From Vairimorpha necatrix (Eukaryota): a DNA stretch of 64,000 nt. The notes below the pieces were generated by a model that did not search any database, was not told where the DNA came from, and saw nothing but the letters and a program-made list of their open reading frames with translations. The stretch lies in the NCBI GenBank assembly GCA_036630325.1, contig CP142726.1:310001-374000 (forward strand), read 5' to 3'. The position numbers and the translations under genes were made by a program. Positions 25,317-38,473 of this stretch are shown here, in pieces; positions within the stretch are counted from its first letter, which is position 1, and each line of letters opens with the position of its first letter.

Positions 25317-26105
25317 GGTGCCCCTAGCCCAAAGGTAGAAGGCGATTCTTCCATTGAGCAATAGCTGGGTTCGATTCCCAGGGGCACCAAAATTGTTTCT
25401 ACTTTCTATGATGCAGTTGGAACAACTCAGATGATGAAAATGTCCACGATAATCATTAATTTGATTCAATGAAACTTGTGTGTGTCCAGCCACAAGGGAT
25501 TAGCATCTAGTGTAGAAACGCATCTCAAAGCCAAAAAGCAGTATCACCCCTTGGTGACTTAATGATACATAAAAGTATCTGATGAGTACGGCCTAGTTGG
25601 AGCCCATGGCTGGTGCACTCTAGAGTGGGATCCTAGAACTAACTAAGAGACCAGACGAAGTAGGGCAATAGAAAGTCTCGTGGACCCTATCCTACAAGAT
25701 TCTGTAACATGGTGGCCGAAACTAGTGGGAAACTGGTGGTCAACGCAGCCCAATAAAAACGTCGGGCTGGGGATGTGGTCGTGTAAGGAGCCGTGTGTGC
25801 AATACGGATAATTGTAGGGACCTTTGAGTCAGTACGATGATGTCTCTCCTCGGGTTATAGATAACTATGCCCGTTAAGTATATCCGCTGTGAGGCCACTC
25901 TGGGCGCGATTTGAGGTATAAATGGAAAGTGTTCTCCTGGAGCCAAAGTCCAATGGATACGGCGGAGCTTGCTGCACCGGCAAGTGTATGGAGGGAGTTT
26001 TAGTGAGTAAGAATCTCACAGTACCAGTTGGATGAGGATCACACCAAATCCCTCTGGTCCCTATGTAAGGTTTCTCTCTACCTCTTACTTGCAAGAAAAA
26101 AAAAA
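25317..26105 (+). mobile_element. tRNA-headed SINE-like element, copy S2
   Basis: Cloverleaf-like head with acceptor GGTGCCC/GGGCACC-A and T-arm CTGGG-TTCGATT-CCCAG. Poly(A) tail. Confidence 0.85.
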
Positions 26106-27730
26106 TTAATGTGCAGATTATCTAACTATAAATGTTTTGCGTACATGAAGTAAATAAGATATAACCGAATAAAATTTTTATCATGTAGGAAACTATGTTT
26201 GTTTCCCGTATTTGTAAGATGTAAAATCCATTAATGATGATTTTCATTTTTTTCAAGTTACAATCTTTTCAAGGGTTTCTAACGATTTAGTCGTATTGTT
26301 ATCATTGAACTTTAATGATATTAATTAATTTAATAATCACCTATAATATGTCATAGGTAATTTTCATTTCTTGTATTTTAGATCTGTTGCTCGTGCATAA
26401 ATCTCGTAATATGTTTCTTTGACAGAACTTTTACAATTATAGATTTGTTTGTTCACTTTTGTCTCAGTAATTACAACCTCTTGGAAAAGTGTTAGTTCTT
26501 TGGAGTTAGTATTTGTCTTTACATCATGTATGTATTCGGAGGCCATCGTTTTATAGGTTGACTATTTTTGTCTAACACGAACCTTATCTGATTAAAGCCT
26601 TAACTTTTTGTGAATAAGTAATAAGTATGTTTATATATTTGTTTATTTAATGTTTATATTTACTGCGGACATCTTAGATATATAATTTTTTATTGAAGCT
26701 ATTATTGGGTTAATTTCATTCTACATTTTACTCTACTTCCGCGCACTCATGCTGGTCGCACCATCTTTAGCTACCTCTACTATGTTCTTGGTTTTAAATC
26801 CTCTGTCGCCGTGTCTCACCGGTGTTCAAAGGAGATGCACTCTAGCGTCTCTTACATAATTCTCATTGGATGTAGGCTTCGGTACTAGTCGATAGGTCAA
26901 GTGCATTGATAAGATGGTGTGGTATTTTGTCGCAATTCCGTCACATGACATGACGTGTAGTATTATTTGCATTTGTAAGTTAGACACAGTTAATTTGCTA
27001 AGATATCGTACTTTTTGAGTTATGTTCTACTTTCGGCAATTATCCTAAAAGGTTAGACATCTTGAATAATAGGCATAAATTTCTAGATGATGCTAACACA
27101 AAGAAATTTCTTTTTCAACCAATGGTTCCATAATTTATCGTTTTATGCTTGTAAATTTTCTACGCCGTTAGTTCTCTTTTTCCGTGTTTAAAATAGTTGT
27201 TATATTTGCAGGAAAATGTATTTTCGGATATGATATATTTCTGGGTTTACTTTACAAGTCAATATATACCAAAAATACCATAGATGTTTTATAATTCTAA
27301 AGGAAACAATATAAATATTTTACTTATTGAAGAAAATGGTTTTTTTGATATATATATATATCCTTTATTTTCAAAAACTAATGGCTAGTGGTCAAAAGAG
27401 GAATATTGTTACAAAAATTGTGGCATTATAATTACCACAAACAAATAATTTCCCCCCTTTTTGGAAATAGACCATTCGAACGGTCTATTCCAAAAATTAA
27501 TTATTTATATAAATTTTACCCCCAGCCCACAGAATTCAACATGATGAAAACTATAAAAACGTTCTTAACGATTACCCTTGGAATATTAAACCAAGGAAAT
27601 CAGGAACGCTAGGGATAATTCAATTCCTTTATTGTGCACAACGGAGTCAAGTAAAGACTAAAAACTAGTTTCAATTTCGTCGTATTATATTTGTTTAAAG
27701 GCAGTATCTGTGTTTCGTCAAAAATTTATA

Positions 27731-28620
27731 TTGAGGGAAGACAGAATTTTTGATATTATTAAAAACAATAATCAAATCTACAATTAGCACTTTGAAGATT
27801 TCGAAATCGACGAAATCTTCAAGACCTATTTGAAAGTGCACAAGGTTTTCGATGAGGCCCTTCTAATTGGGCACATCGAAAATTTCCAAAATGAAAAAAA
27901 CTCCAGGAGCCGAACACCCCAAGAGGTCGAAAGCGCTAAAAACTGGAGGCAGGCACGAAGGGCCAGTGTCTGCTCAGAGAGAACCATCCTTAATGATCAC
28001 TCCTCTGTATGCTTCCCCAAGACCAGAAAGACCTATAAATTCTTAATGATGTCTTGATTTCTGACATTCCCTTGGTGCAGCTGACGCCAAGACAGAAAGA
28101 CAAGCTCATTGACATCATGGAATGTGTTGATGTAGAAGAAGGAGAGGTCTTAATTAGGGAAGGTGGAAAGGGCAGTACCATGTTTGTGGTAGATGAAGGC
28201 ATTTTTGATGTCTACATCAAAAATGTAAGAATCAAGTCCCTTGAAAGAGATGACATTTTCGGAGAAATTGCTCTATTTCACAATATTAACAGGACTGCCA
28301 CTGTTATTAGTAGAGTTAAATCAAAAATTTGGGTCATAGAACAGAAGATGTTTGGAGGCCTGAGGGCCTCTGACAGAAATAAGAATAAAGGTATAGTTCT
28401 GGACGGGATAACCAAAATGAAGTTATATCCCGATCTAATTGAAAAAGAACAACAAAGATTTGTAAATATCTTAACTTTCAATTATCTTAAAATTGGCAGT
28501 ACTGCTGATTAAATCACGACAAACTTTCTCTTTACATAGCCGGATTTGGCTAAATGAACAAGAAATGTAACAAATAATCTTAGAAGAAAAATATTTGTAC
28601 AGGAGATTAACCGTTAAACT
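27731..28620 (+). pseudogene. PKA regulatory subunit pseudogene, copy B
   Basis: RRASV motif. Continuous cNMP domain in ORF 28054-28512 (EEGEVLIREG...FGEIALFHNINRTATV). Damaged start, frameshift at ~28045. Confidence 0.85.
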
Positions 28621-31268
28621 TTCCATATTTAAATAAATTCCTAAATAATTATTTGTTGTATATTATTTAAGTCTATTTGTGTCATCGTAAACTGTAGTAT
28701 TTCTTAGCTTTCCTTCGCAATTGCTATTAGCATCTTCTGGGTTATCTCTCCTACAAAGCTATACCTGATCCTTAGATACTCGTTAATTAAAAACAAGTAA
28801 GATTTGCTCTCTTCCTCTACTTTAAGTATCGCTGCCCGTTGAAGTAAGCTATCTCTAGACTCATCTAATGTTTATTAAATATTCAGAAGCATACTTTCGC
28901 TTCTATCTTCGCACATATGAGGCCTCTACCCATTTCGGATCTAAAAAGGTATAGTCTTTCCTCGCAGGCTGGCTGGAGATGTACCTGGTACTTGATAAGT
29001 ACCTGTCGTATATCAAAATCAAAACTTTTGAAATCTGTTGGTTCTAATTTTAATAATCTTACATGATAGTTTATTTCTGATATTGCATGCTCGGTTATAG
29101 CTCGAATTATATTCTTACCATTTAATTGAATCTTGCACAGTTTTTCAACCCTCTGTAAGATCTCATTTCTTACTTTTTCAAAAGTCTCTCTTTCGACAGC
29201 ACTAGAGACATCCTCTGTTTTTCCAAGGTATTTGTATCTTTTATGTCCTTCTATTACTACTGCATCTTCGCTACAATAAATACAATTAGTCGCAGACTTA
29301 CCCCTGTTCATTTCTAAACCTATAGCTTAGAAAACCTTTTGTGTTTCCTCATTCATCAGTTTTAAAACGACGTAGTTCTCTGCGAGGTGCAAATATCATC
29401 AATAAATAGAAGATGGTGCGTTACATAGACACTTTCGTGAATCTGTATTCCTACTTTTGGGTAAGTTGAATTCAATTTCCTGCTCAACGGCTCCATACAT
29501 AGTACGGAAAAATCCGCGACAAAATCCCTTTAATATGCCTCCTTCAATCTTCTTATTCTGTATCGTTTCCGATCCTCATTTTATCTCAACGACACCTTTT
29601 AACGGTGGCTTCTAAGAATTTACTTTTCCTTTGTGCGAAATTAAACTTGATAATACAAGTTAATAGATAAAAATTTTCAACGGTGTCGTAGACTTTTTTT
29701 ACATCTCACACTTGGTCTTTAGCTTGTTTGCATGTCCTCATTGGCTGATATATTAATCGAGCTTGTTCTTACACTCCTTGGACTTTTCAACTGTCCCTTG
29801 TTGGTTCTCTGCTAGTAGCCCTCTACTTTCTACAATAGCTGCATTATTTTCGTCGTGCAATATATTTTGAGCTTGTAGAGGTTCGACATACTGGTAATAG
29901 GCCTGAAGTCATTCCCACTAATGGGGGTACCTTTGGGTATAAAATAAGTAAACTGCTTGTAGGACCAAGCTTCGGGTTCTTTACCATCCATGCATACTTC
30001 CTTAACAATCTTGTGAAGGAATGGGCGTAGAGCTTCACATTTCTTATAAAGAAATTGAAGATTCCATCACAGCCAGCAACCCTCATAATTTGGTAAATAT
30101 TTAATAATATCTACAAATTTTTGCAAGGTTGGGAAATGATCTGATCTTGGCTATCAAGAATGTTTTTTATGAAAATACGCCTTGAGAGTATTGCAGTCTT
30201 CGGATTGCTTTTTCTTATTCCACATGGTAGACCAGAATGAACATATATCTTCTTGCTTACATTATGAATAACTTCATCGGCACACTTGAGTTTTCTTTAG
30301 AAATTGCTTCTATTTAGCTTAAAAATAATTTTAAGCCCATACAATTGCGTCGATCTCATACCTTTCGCTTCCTTGAGTATATGGCTTTCCTCTAGTTGAG
30401 TATAGCATTAGCTTCAGAAGTATCTCGGCGTAAACATGCAAGCATGTTGAGTTTACGCATTACCTTCTTAAATTCACGATTTTCTCATTTGAGAGTTTTC
30501 AAAGGCCTTGGCCTTTTGATAAGCACTACCTTGTCTTCGATCTATGTGATTTTTTTCAAGATACTTTCCTTTAAAGATGAAGGTTTGAAATTCTTACTGG
30601 CCATTTCCTAATAGCAGAAAAGTGCAGCTTGCAATATCCTTGCCATCTGGTACATTTATGAGGGGGTGGTATCTAACGTGACTATCTACCGCCTTGGCTG
30701 TGGCATCAAGTTTCAACAGTCCAAATTCGAGGCAGGTATTTTCCTCGTTCTTTCTACCTGGTCCACACATGTGTTCTGGATATAACTAAGTTTTCTCCAA
30801 GAATCATTTTTGTGCTTTTAGGAAGAGCTCGAATTCGAAGAGACTATTCCTCTTTTGAGCCAGTCAGGCTTTACGTCTTTTGGTAGGATTAGCTAAGAAT
30901 TATTGGGCCGCCATTCATCTACAGCTATTTCTAGTGAGCGCTTTCTTCGCTTTGCTCTTAGATCTAGTGAACTCATGTTCGACCCAATTTTTATACCGAA
31001 CAAATCGGTAGCTTTATTCCACCGTCCTCTTGGCATTCAACCAAAAATATTTATAATTGATAGAAATTTTTTGAGGCCACTCTTCTTCATTCGCTTCGGT
31101 TCTCATAAAACTGCCACGAGAGTCTCAGAAGTGGATTGAGTGGGCACACTAGTGTGTTCTGGCCCCTGTTCTTTCTCGGCCGTGTCTATTTCATTCCTTT
31201 TCGCTTCGGAAGTTAATTTGTTATTTTTTCGGGTTTAATATCCTGCTCTGTCCTTACCCTCTTTTTGT
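28621..31268 (-). mobile_element. RLE-type non-LTR retrotransposon, 3'-truncated (copy B)
   Basis: ORFs 28883-29311 (YKYLG) and 29844-30086; homologous to 15985-18600. Confidence 0.9.
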
Positions 31269-31322
31269 TATATAATCATTGCATTAATTTAAAATTAAAT
31301 TTATACCCCCACTTTATTAAAT

Positions 31323-32266
31323 ATGACGAGAATGAAGACTAGAGAAGAAAAGGAACAGTTAAAAGTGCTGTTTTTGTGTTATAATTCCATCTTGGATAAT
31401 CACATGATAACTCAGTTATCTTATGATATTTTAAGTAAGGAATGTGATTTTGATCAAAATGATCTGCACAATTTCTTGGAAGCTGCAATAAGAACATATA
31501 ATGATATTCCCTAATATAATGCTACGCATGAGATTAATGCATTAAATAATTTGAAAATCTTATTCATAGATCAAAAATTGAACGAAAAGATAGGTTTATC
31601 TTTTTGATTTGCTGCCTATTGCATGACATAGGCCATACAGGTTCCAATTCCCGTGGGCATAATAAATTTGGTTTAGAAAATCTTTATGTGGATTTTAAAA
31701 GAAATTTCCGTATTAATTTTTACCCGGGCATTTGACAGAGGAAAATATGAATTTAATAAGTGAATTAATCTTATCTACAAATTTAATTTCACATAATGAC
31801 GTGCTTGACGATTTAAAAATAAATATATAGGTCAAAAAATTAATAGCGTCGAAAAACTAAATATTATTGAATTCAAAATGTTGATAAAAATAGCAGACGT
31901 AGGTAAATCGTATAAAAAGTTCAAAGATTTTATGTGTGGAAGCAAAAAGCTCGAGAAAGAAATTTGCGGCACAAGCATAGGAGGAGCTAAAAAAGGCAGA
32001 AGAGGATGCAATTCATCTTAAATTATTCCTTACCACTAGCAGAGTGTTTTCGAAGGATTTTAAATTTTTGTATGGAAATACTATTGAAAAACAAAAAGAA
32101 TCCAATTACAAAAACTTTTTTTTAGAGTGGGCTATTTGTCCGTGGTGATAGAGCAAATATTTTGGCTTTTACAAGCGAATTATACGTGTTTGGCGGGAGT
32201 CTATTTCCAATCCTCCTTTTAAAATGGGAAAACAAGCCGAGAAAAGATATAAAAACAACAATATAA
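31323..32266 (+). pseudogene. Cyclic nucleotide phosphodiesterase pseudogene, copy B
   Basis: MTRMKTREE...YNDIP* (premature stop), LHDIGH, LIKIADVG. Confidence 0.85.
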
Positions 32267-33489
32267 AGCATTTTTTAAGTAATGCAACAATAAAACTTTT
32301 AGTTTGTTCGTAACACAGAGGAAATACCTCTTGTGCACAAATTTATAATGGACTTACCGGTTCTTTATTTAATTAAGTTATTAAGCACTATTTTCGTGCT
32401 ACTAATGTCTCTGGGTGTAAAGCTTTTTTGGTCTTGTTTTCCAAGGAAATTGTTGACAGATTTTTAGAGTCAAAATATGTGGGTAGAGGAGGAAAAAAAT
32501 AGTAAAATTTTTGAATAGATCGGTCGAATGGTCTATTTTTTAAAGAAGTATAATTTATTAATAAAACTAAATAGTGTGAGAAGCATGAAGCACGAATCTA
32601 TTTCTCATCTATCAATAGCAAAAAAGAATAATGTTTATATTACATGACCATGTGTTTTTCTATTTTGATGGATTTTCCAATGTGGTATGTTGCCCCGACG
32701 AAAAATTATAATAAAAATATAAAATATTTTTAGTTTTAAATTATTTCACAATATATAAAGGCACTAGATCAGTCCGAATTCTAATTTGAGCTTTTTAATC
32801 TTTCTATAGAGCTTGTCTAAATATGTAATTCTTATAAGAATTATATATGTGCAATTTTGATTATTAAGTGTAAACAAGGGGCTTGTTGAATATTCAAAAA
32901 TTTTTGAGACATTTTCTTTCCTCAGTTTAAAATAAGGACGTAAATCACAGCCTCTCATGGAATGGTAAGTGCTATACACGTCGTTATTCAATCTTTTACG
33001 ATGTGCATTTTTGTTAAGTAGCCACAAGAAAGGAAAACGAAAATACAGTAACTAGATTAATATCACAAGGCAACCTTCTTTAAGACAAAAAATGCACATT
33101 TATTCTGCACAACTTTGCTTAATTTTGTTACAATTAAAAATTTCGACAGATTATAGAGTAAATAACCACAGTTGGTGCTTACAATACGTGAGTTAATTAT
33201 CATGAGTGCGAAGTTTAATTTATATAAATACCATAAAAAATTGAATTTTTTAAATCCCTTTGGATAATAAAAGAACGGAAACCAATAAATCTCGAATTAC
33301 GAAACGTCGATTTGGGGTTGTAAAAAAATAAAAAACGTCCCATTGACGAAATATCGGATATAATTGATCTACATTGTAAACTCGTTGCAGCCATCAATCG
33401 AAAACACAATCAACATACTAGATCTACCAACCAATTGAATCAAAGCGAAATTCTTACAGTTACAGAACATGCTATTTAAAATATAACTA

Positions 33490-35037
33490 CCGGGGTTTCC
33501 GGGTTAAGAGATCCAGCTTAAAAGTCGAATTTTGCGACCTTTTAAAAAGAAATTATTATACTAGTATAAGAGGTCTACCCATATAAGAGATCCACCCCAC
33601 CCCCAGCCAAATGGTTAAAAAATTATATTAGAAAAATGAACCCTTTATTATAATAAACATTTAAATTTCTATAAAATCTTCAAATAAATTTTAACAGTCT
33701 GGGCCTTCGTCTTCAATTTCAGCACAATTAAGAACATCTTGAAGTTTATTGTTTAAATTAAAAATATTGTTTTCATGAAAAATTGAATCTGTTCCACACA
33801 ATCTAAAAGCCTTAGAAGCCATTTCAGGAGTTATTTTTTTTAATGCATCCGCTATTGAATTCAAAATATATTCCCAGCTCGGTCTACGCCTATAACCTTT
33901 ATTTGTATATTCCTTTGGCCCGTTTGCATGCCATTCCTGCCATTTTCTTTTTAATTCGGCCTTAAATTAAGAATTTATCAAAACATCCAATGGTTGTAAA
34001 TAAGACGTAGTTGGGGGAATTAAAACGGCTTTAATGTTATTATTAGCAAAACTTTCCATAACTTTTTCAGTTTAGTGAGATAATAGGTGTCAAGAATAAG
34101 AAGTTTTTTTTTCTATTTTCAAATGGCCCATATTTGTTTAAACATGCACATATCCATAATAAAATCAGATTTTGAACATGTTCCCTGATTCAGATGTAAC
34201 TACAAAAAGATTATTTGGCACAAAGCATTTTGGCGTTTTTTTAAGGCCTTTTAAAATGGCCATTCCCCTTAAAACAGTACCTTCTGAGGAAATAATAATA
34301 ACGACGGAAATTTTAGTCTTAAGATTTCCAGTTGTATATGCCTCAGTGTTTTTTTCGCCGGTAAATGATAATGTCGCGATTGCATCATATCAATGTAAAC
34401 AGGAGTTTCATCCATATTATACACCACTGTTTGGCTGTCCATACAGTTAAATTTATGATTAAAGGCTTCAAAATAATTCAACATGGTTTCTTTAATCTCC
34501 TGAGGCCTTTTGTTGTCTTCCTGTCCAAAAGATGTTATTTTTCTAAATGAAAAATGATTTCTTCTTTTGAACCCCATTAACCAACTCATACTTGCCTTAA
34601 AATCTGTAATGGACAACTTCTCTGCTATTTCAAAAGCCTTATCTCTAATATTATAAGTTGAGATAATTCGCTTCTTTTCACCTCGCTCTACCTTCACCCA
34701 ATCCGCAAACATTTTTTCAAGAGGAGGCCATTTGGCAGAAGTACCGGCACGCATTCTATTAGTATTTTTAATGTTGCTTTGGCCTAACATTTTAACTTCG
34801 GCCTTTATCCAATCACTAGGCATTTTCCTAGTAATCTGCAACTCTAGAGCAGTCATATTCAAATTCCCATTGTTTTCACGCAATCTTTGTAATCCTGCTA
34901 ATTTTTCTTTAGAGTGTACGCTTTCTTTTTCATGGGGGTAAATTTAAAAAAATTTAAAAGAAATTTCAAATATTTTATATACTTATAAGAGATCCATGGT
35001 CTCTTATATGGGTGGATCTCTTAACCCGGAAACCCGG
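33490..35037 (-). mobile_element. pogo/Tigger-like (CENP-B HTH + DDE_1) transposon
   Basis: TIRs CCGGGGTTTCCGGGTTAAGAGATCCA / TGGATCTCTTAACCCGGAAACCCGG with flanking TA. ORF 34269-34883 has FKASMSWLMGFKRR and VYNMDETPVY. Downstream TTSYLQPLDV. Confidence 0.93.
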
Positions 35038-35172
35038 TAATAATAAAACCACAAAAATAAATATTTACACTAGAAGTCGCATATGAGTATGTTCTTCATT
35101 AAAAACTTTCAAAAAGCAAACATTAATTTTTTTACCACTTTTTTGTGATTAATCATGTGATACGTGATCTAA

Positions 35173-35956
35173 GGTGCTCTTGGCCCGGTGGTAGAAGGCG
35201 ATGCCTTTATTGGGCAATGGCTGGGGTTAAATCCCACGGGCACCAATTTATATCTACTTTCTATGATGCAGTTAGAGCAACTCAGATGATAAAGGTGTCC
35301 CCGATATCATTAAGTTTATTCAATGAAACTTGTGTGTGTCCAGCCATAAGGGTCAGCATCTAGTGTAGAAACGCGCCTCAAGGGCCAAAAGACAGTATCT
35401 CCCTTGTGGTGGCTTATGGTTCCTATAAATATCTAATGGGTACGGGCTAGTTGGAGCCCATGGCTGGTGCACTCTAGAGTGGGATCCTAGAGCTAACTAA
35501 GATACTAGAAAAAATAGGGCAATAGAAGGTCTCGTGGATCAAATCATAAAGATTCTGTAACACGTGGCCAAAACTAGGGGGAGACTGGTGGTCAACGCAG
35601 CCCATTAGAAATGCCGAACCGGTGATGTGGTCGGGTTAGGAGCCGTGTGTGCAATACAGATAATTGTATGGAGCTTTGAGTCAATACGATGATGTCTTTC
35701 CTTGAGTTATAGATAACCATGCTCGTTAAGTATATTCGCTGCGAGGTCACTCTGGACGCGATTTGAGGTATAAATGGGGAGTGTTTTCCTGGAGCCAAAG
35801 TCCAATGGATACGGCGAAGCTTGCTGCACCGCAAGTTGTATGGAGGGAGTTTTAGTGAGTAAGAATCTCACAGTACCAGTTAGATGAGGATCACACCCGT
35901 ATCCCTCTGGTCCCTATGTAAGGTTTCTCCCTACCTCTTACTTACAAGAAAAAAAA
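35173..35956 (+). mobile_element. tRNA-headed SINE-like element, copy S3
   Basis: Same head, body and poly(A) tail as S1. Confidence 0.8.
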
Positions 35957-36075
35957 TATAATAAAAATTGCGATTTACAATACACTATTGTCGGTAAACA
36001 TTTACTATTCAAAATAAAGACGATACCTCAAACATTTATAAAAAACTTTATTAACTTTAGTCTTGGATATAATGC

Positions 36076-36345
36076 TGTGATGACCTAAACAAACAAAACA
36101 TAGCTTATCTCACCATTAGTTTACTATTCTTAACAAATACTCCATGTCCATGTAATAAAACACAGTCTCCTTTCCAAGAATGGTCTTTCTAAAACTTCTT
36201 GTTTTTTGTTTGTTTGTAAACAAACAAACATGTAAAACTATAAATAGCGAAAAAGCCCAAAAGGGCACGGGGAGCAAGAAGGTCAAAGCAACTCAAATAA
36301 CAATAATGACAACAGTCTTAAAAATAAATTAACCTCTTCGAGACA
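36076..36345 (+). mobile_element. Possible solo LTR related to the TGTGATG family
   Basis: TGTGATG...GAGACA with (CAAA)n core, but no TSD. Confidence 0.35.
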
Positions 36346-36433
36346 TTTCTTTGCCTAGGATACGTCAAATGCATATAAAAGTAAATATTTATGTATAAAA
36401 TTTATTTTTAAAAATTATCTTTTGTCAGAATTC

Positions 36434-36754
36434 TTATCTTTTAGAATTCTCTCTTCTTCGATTTTTTCCAATTTCTTTAGACCTTTCAATAAAGAACCAG
36501 AAATCTACAACATAAGGATCCAGCTTTAACATTCTGGCCATGTGTATAATGTGATTTGGTGATGGCCATTTACATATTAAAAATACCTGCATGAGTTTTC
36601 GAGTTTGTAATGGTGTTATCCATACTCGTTTAGCAGTATCTTTTTTCAATTTTAACAATCCTTCAATTGCCTCACTTTCCTTTGAAATTCTTTGATTTTT
36701 TTTCATGTCGAATTGAGAAAAAACATTTATATACAAAAAATTATCAAGGATCAT
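36434..36754 (-). CDS. Divergent homeodomain protein (paralog 2), 106 aa
   Basis: ATG preceded by AAATTT. EAIEGLLKLK motif. Homeodomain-like TPLQTRKLMQVF..CKWPS....MARMLKLDPYVVDFWFFIERSK. Confidence 0.7.
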   Translation of the reverse strand: MILDNFLYINVFSQFDMKKNQRISKESEAIEGLLKLKKDTAKRVWITPLQTRKLMQVFLICKWPSPNHIIHMARMLKLDPYVVDFWFFIERSKEIGKNRRRENSKR

Positions 36755-37719
36755 TAATTAAATTTGATTCAGTTTTATGATTTGTTTTTAATATCACAGT
36801 AGACAATTAATTCAAAATTTATTAAAATTAACATTAATTTCTATTTTTTAAAAAATCAATGCCAAATTGTTTTTAATACTACCAATAAAAGGAAAATTTT
36901 ATGATCATTGTTTTCCGATTTATCATACTGATTAATTCATATATTACATTTGTATATGAAACAAATATTTGTGATTGTAACTTACTAGTAATGAATGAAA
37001 ATGGAATGTAAAAAACACTATAAAAAAGTTTTTTAGTTACTTTTCGAATAATGCAATATGATGCATGCAAATGTCACATACTTATTGATAAATTTTTAAT
37101 AATACAAAAAACAGAAACTCATAAATAAAAATATTGAAAATATGTTTTTAATAAAATTTATTTGTTACTGTCAAAACACCACATGTCAAATTTTTTAAAT
37201 TTATGATATTTTTGGCAACTTGTATATAACGAATAAGCTTCAAACTTTAATATCATTAAATCAGCGTTCACTGACCTTTCTTAATTTTAGATATAAAATA
37301 CACTTTTTTGTGCATTTGAATTGGAATTCTGTAACATTATTAGTCACATTACTCTATTTTTATCCCCCAAAAATTTTTTAATTATTTTATCCATAAATGA
37401 TAAGAATGTCGATGAACAAAGAAAAAAATTCTAGATGAAATGATAAATCAAGAATATATAAGATTTTAAATGATAACAACATGAAGATTTATATCTTTTT
37501 TAACTCATAATAAAACATTCGCTTGAAAAGAAGAAAGAGCTATCAACTTTTTATGTAATTTCAACATTGTATCTAAAACTTTGTAAAACAATTAAGCATG
37601 CTTTAGAGTTAAAAATTTGTTAGGTTCCCGTTATAATGTTTAAATTGTAAGGGCTCGTAAATCCTTATATGATAAAATACTTCTTAATTGCGCCTATTTA
37701 GCTAACTTCACAATTATAT

Positions 37720-38473
37720 TTTTTCTTTACAGGTAATGATAGCGGCCCTGACATAGGAACCTTGGGGGTTTGTAGTGATCTCTAAACAACTTGTACTATG
37801 CGATCTTTACTCGCTAAAATTCCTACTATATAAATTGCTGGAGCAGCAACCTGTGCGATATCAAGTAGACTTGACTCTAGGAGATTATATTTCCTTCTAT
37901 ATCTCGATCGCACGCAAAATAAAATCCCAGCTGGTATACTTAACGGACATGTTTTGTATAACATGATAAGATATGTGCTGTACTAGCCCAAAGGTCTCTA
38001 CAATCATTTGTATCGCACACACGTCTCCTTACAGCACAAAAACAACCCCCATTTGATAAACTGCGTTGACACCAGTTTCTATTTAGTCTTGGCCAGTATT
38101 TTACAAGATCCTGTAGGATAAAGCCCATCATGCCTTTATTTTCTGCTTCCTCTTCGTAACCTCTAATATCATCCACCTAGAGTGTACAGCCATTGGAACA
38201 ACTAGGGGTTATCCGGCATTTAGTTTTATGTATTTTTAAGTCGCTACAAAAGGGATGTTGTTATTTCGGGCTTAAGGTGCTTTATCTACTAAGAGAAACC
38301 CCCTATGGCTAGATGCACTGAGTTTCATTTGATCAACTTAATGTTTATCGACGATAATTACATTAACTGTGTTTTCCAACTGCATCATAAAAAGTAGAAA
38401 CATTTTACTGCCTATGGGATTCGAACCTAGCCATGCATAATGGAAGCATTGCCTTCAAAACTGGCTAAGGGCC
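37720..38473 (-). mobile_element. Old SINE-like copy S5
   Basis: Reverse-complement tRNA head (GCCCTTAGCC...GGTTCGAATCCC), diverged body and A-tail. Confidence 0.7.

Larger units (their letters stand above)
26106..35956 (+). repeat. Segmental duplication unit B
   Basis: Colinear with unit A, flanked by direct SINE copies S2 and S3. Confidence 0.95.

Noticed and set aside
25317..25389. Functional tRNA gene
   Set aside because: The anticodon arm is degenerate and differs between copies, and it is always fused to the same ~700 bp body and poly(A). It is a SINE head.
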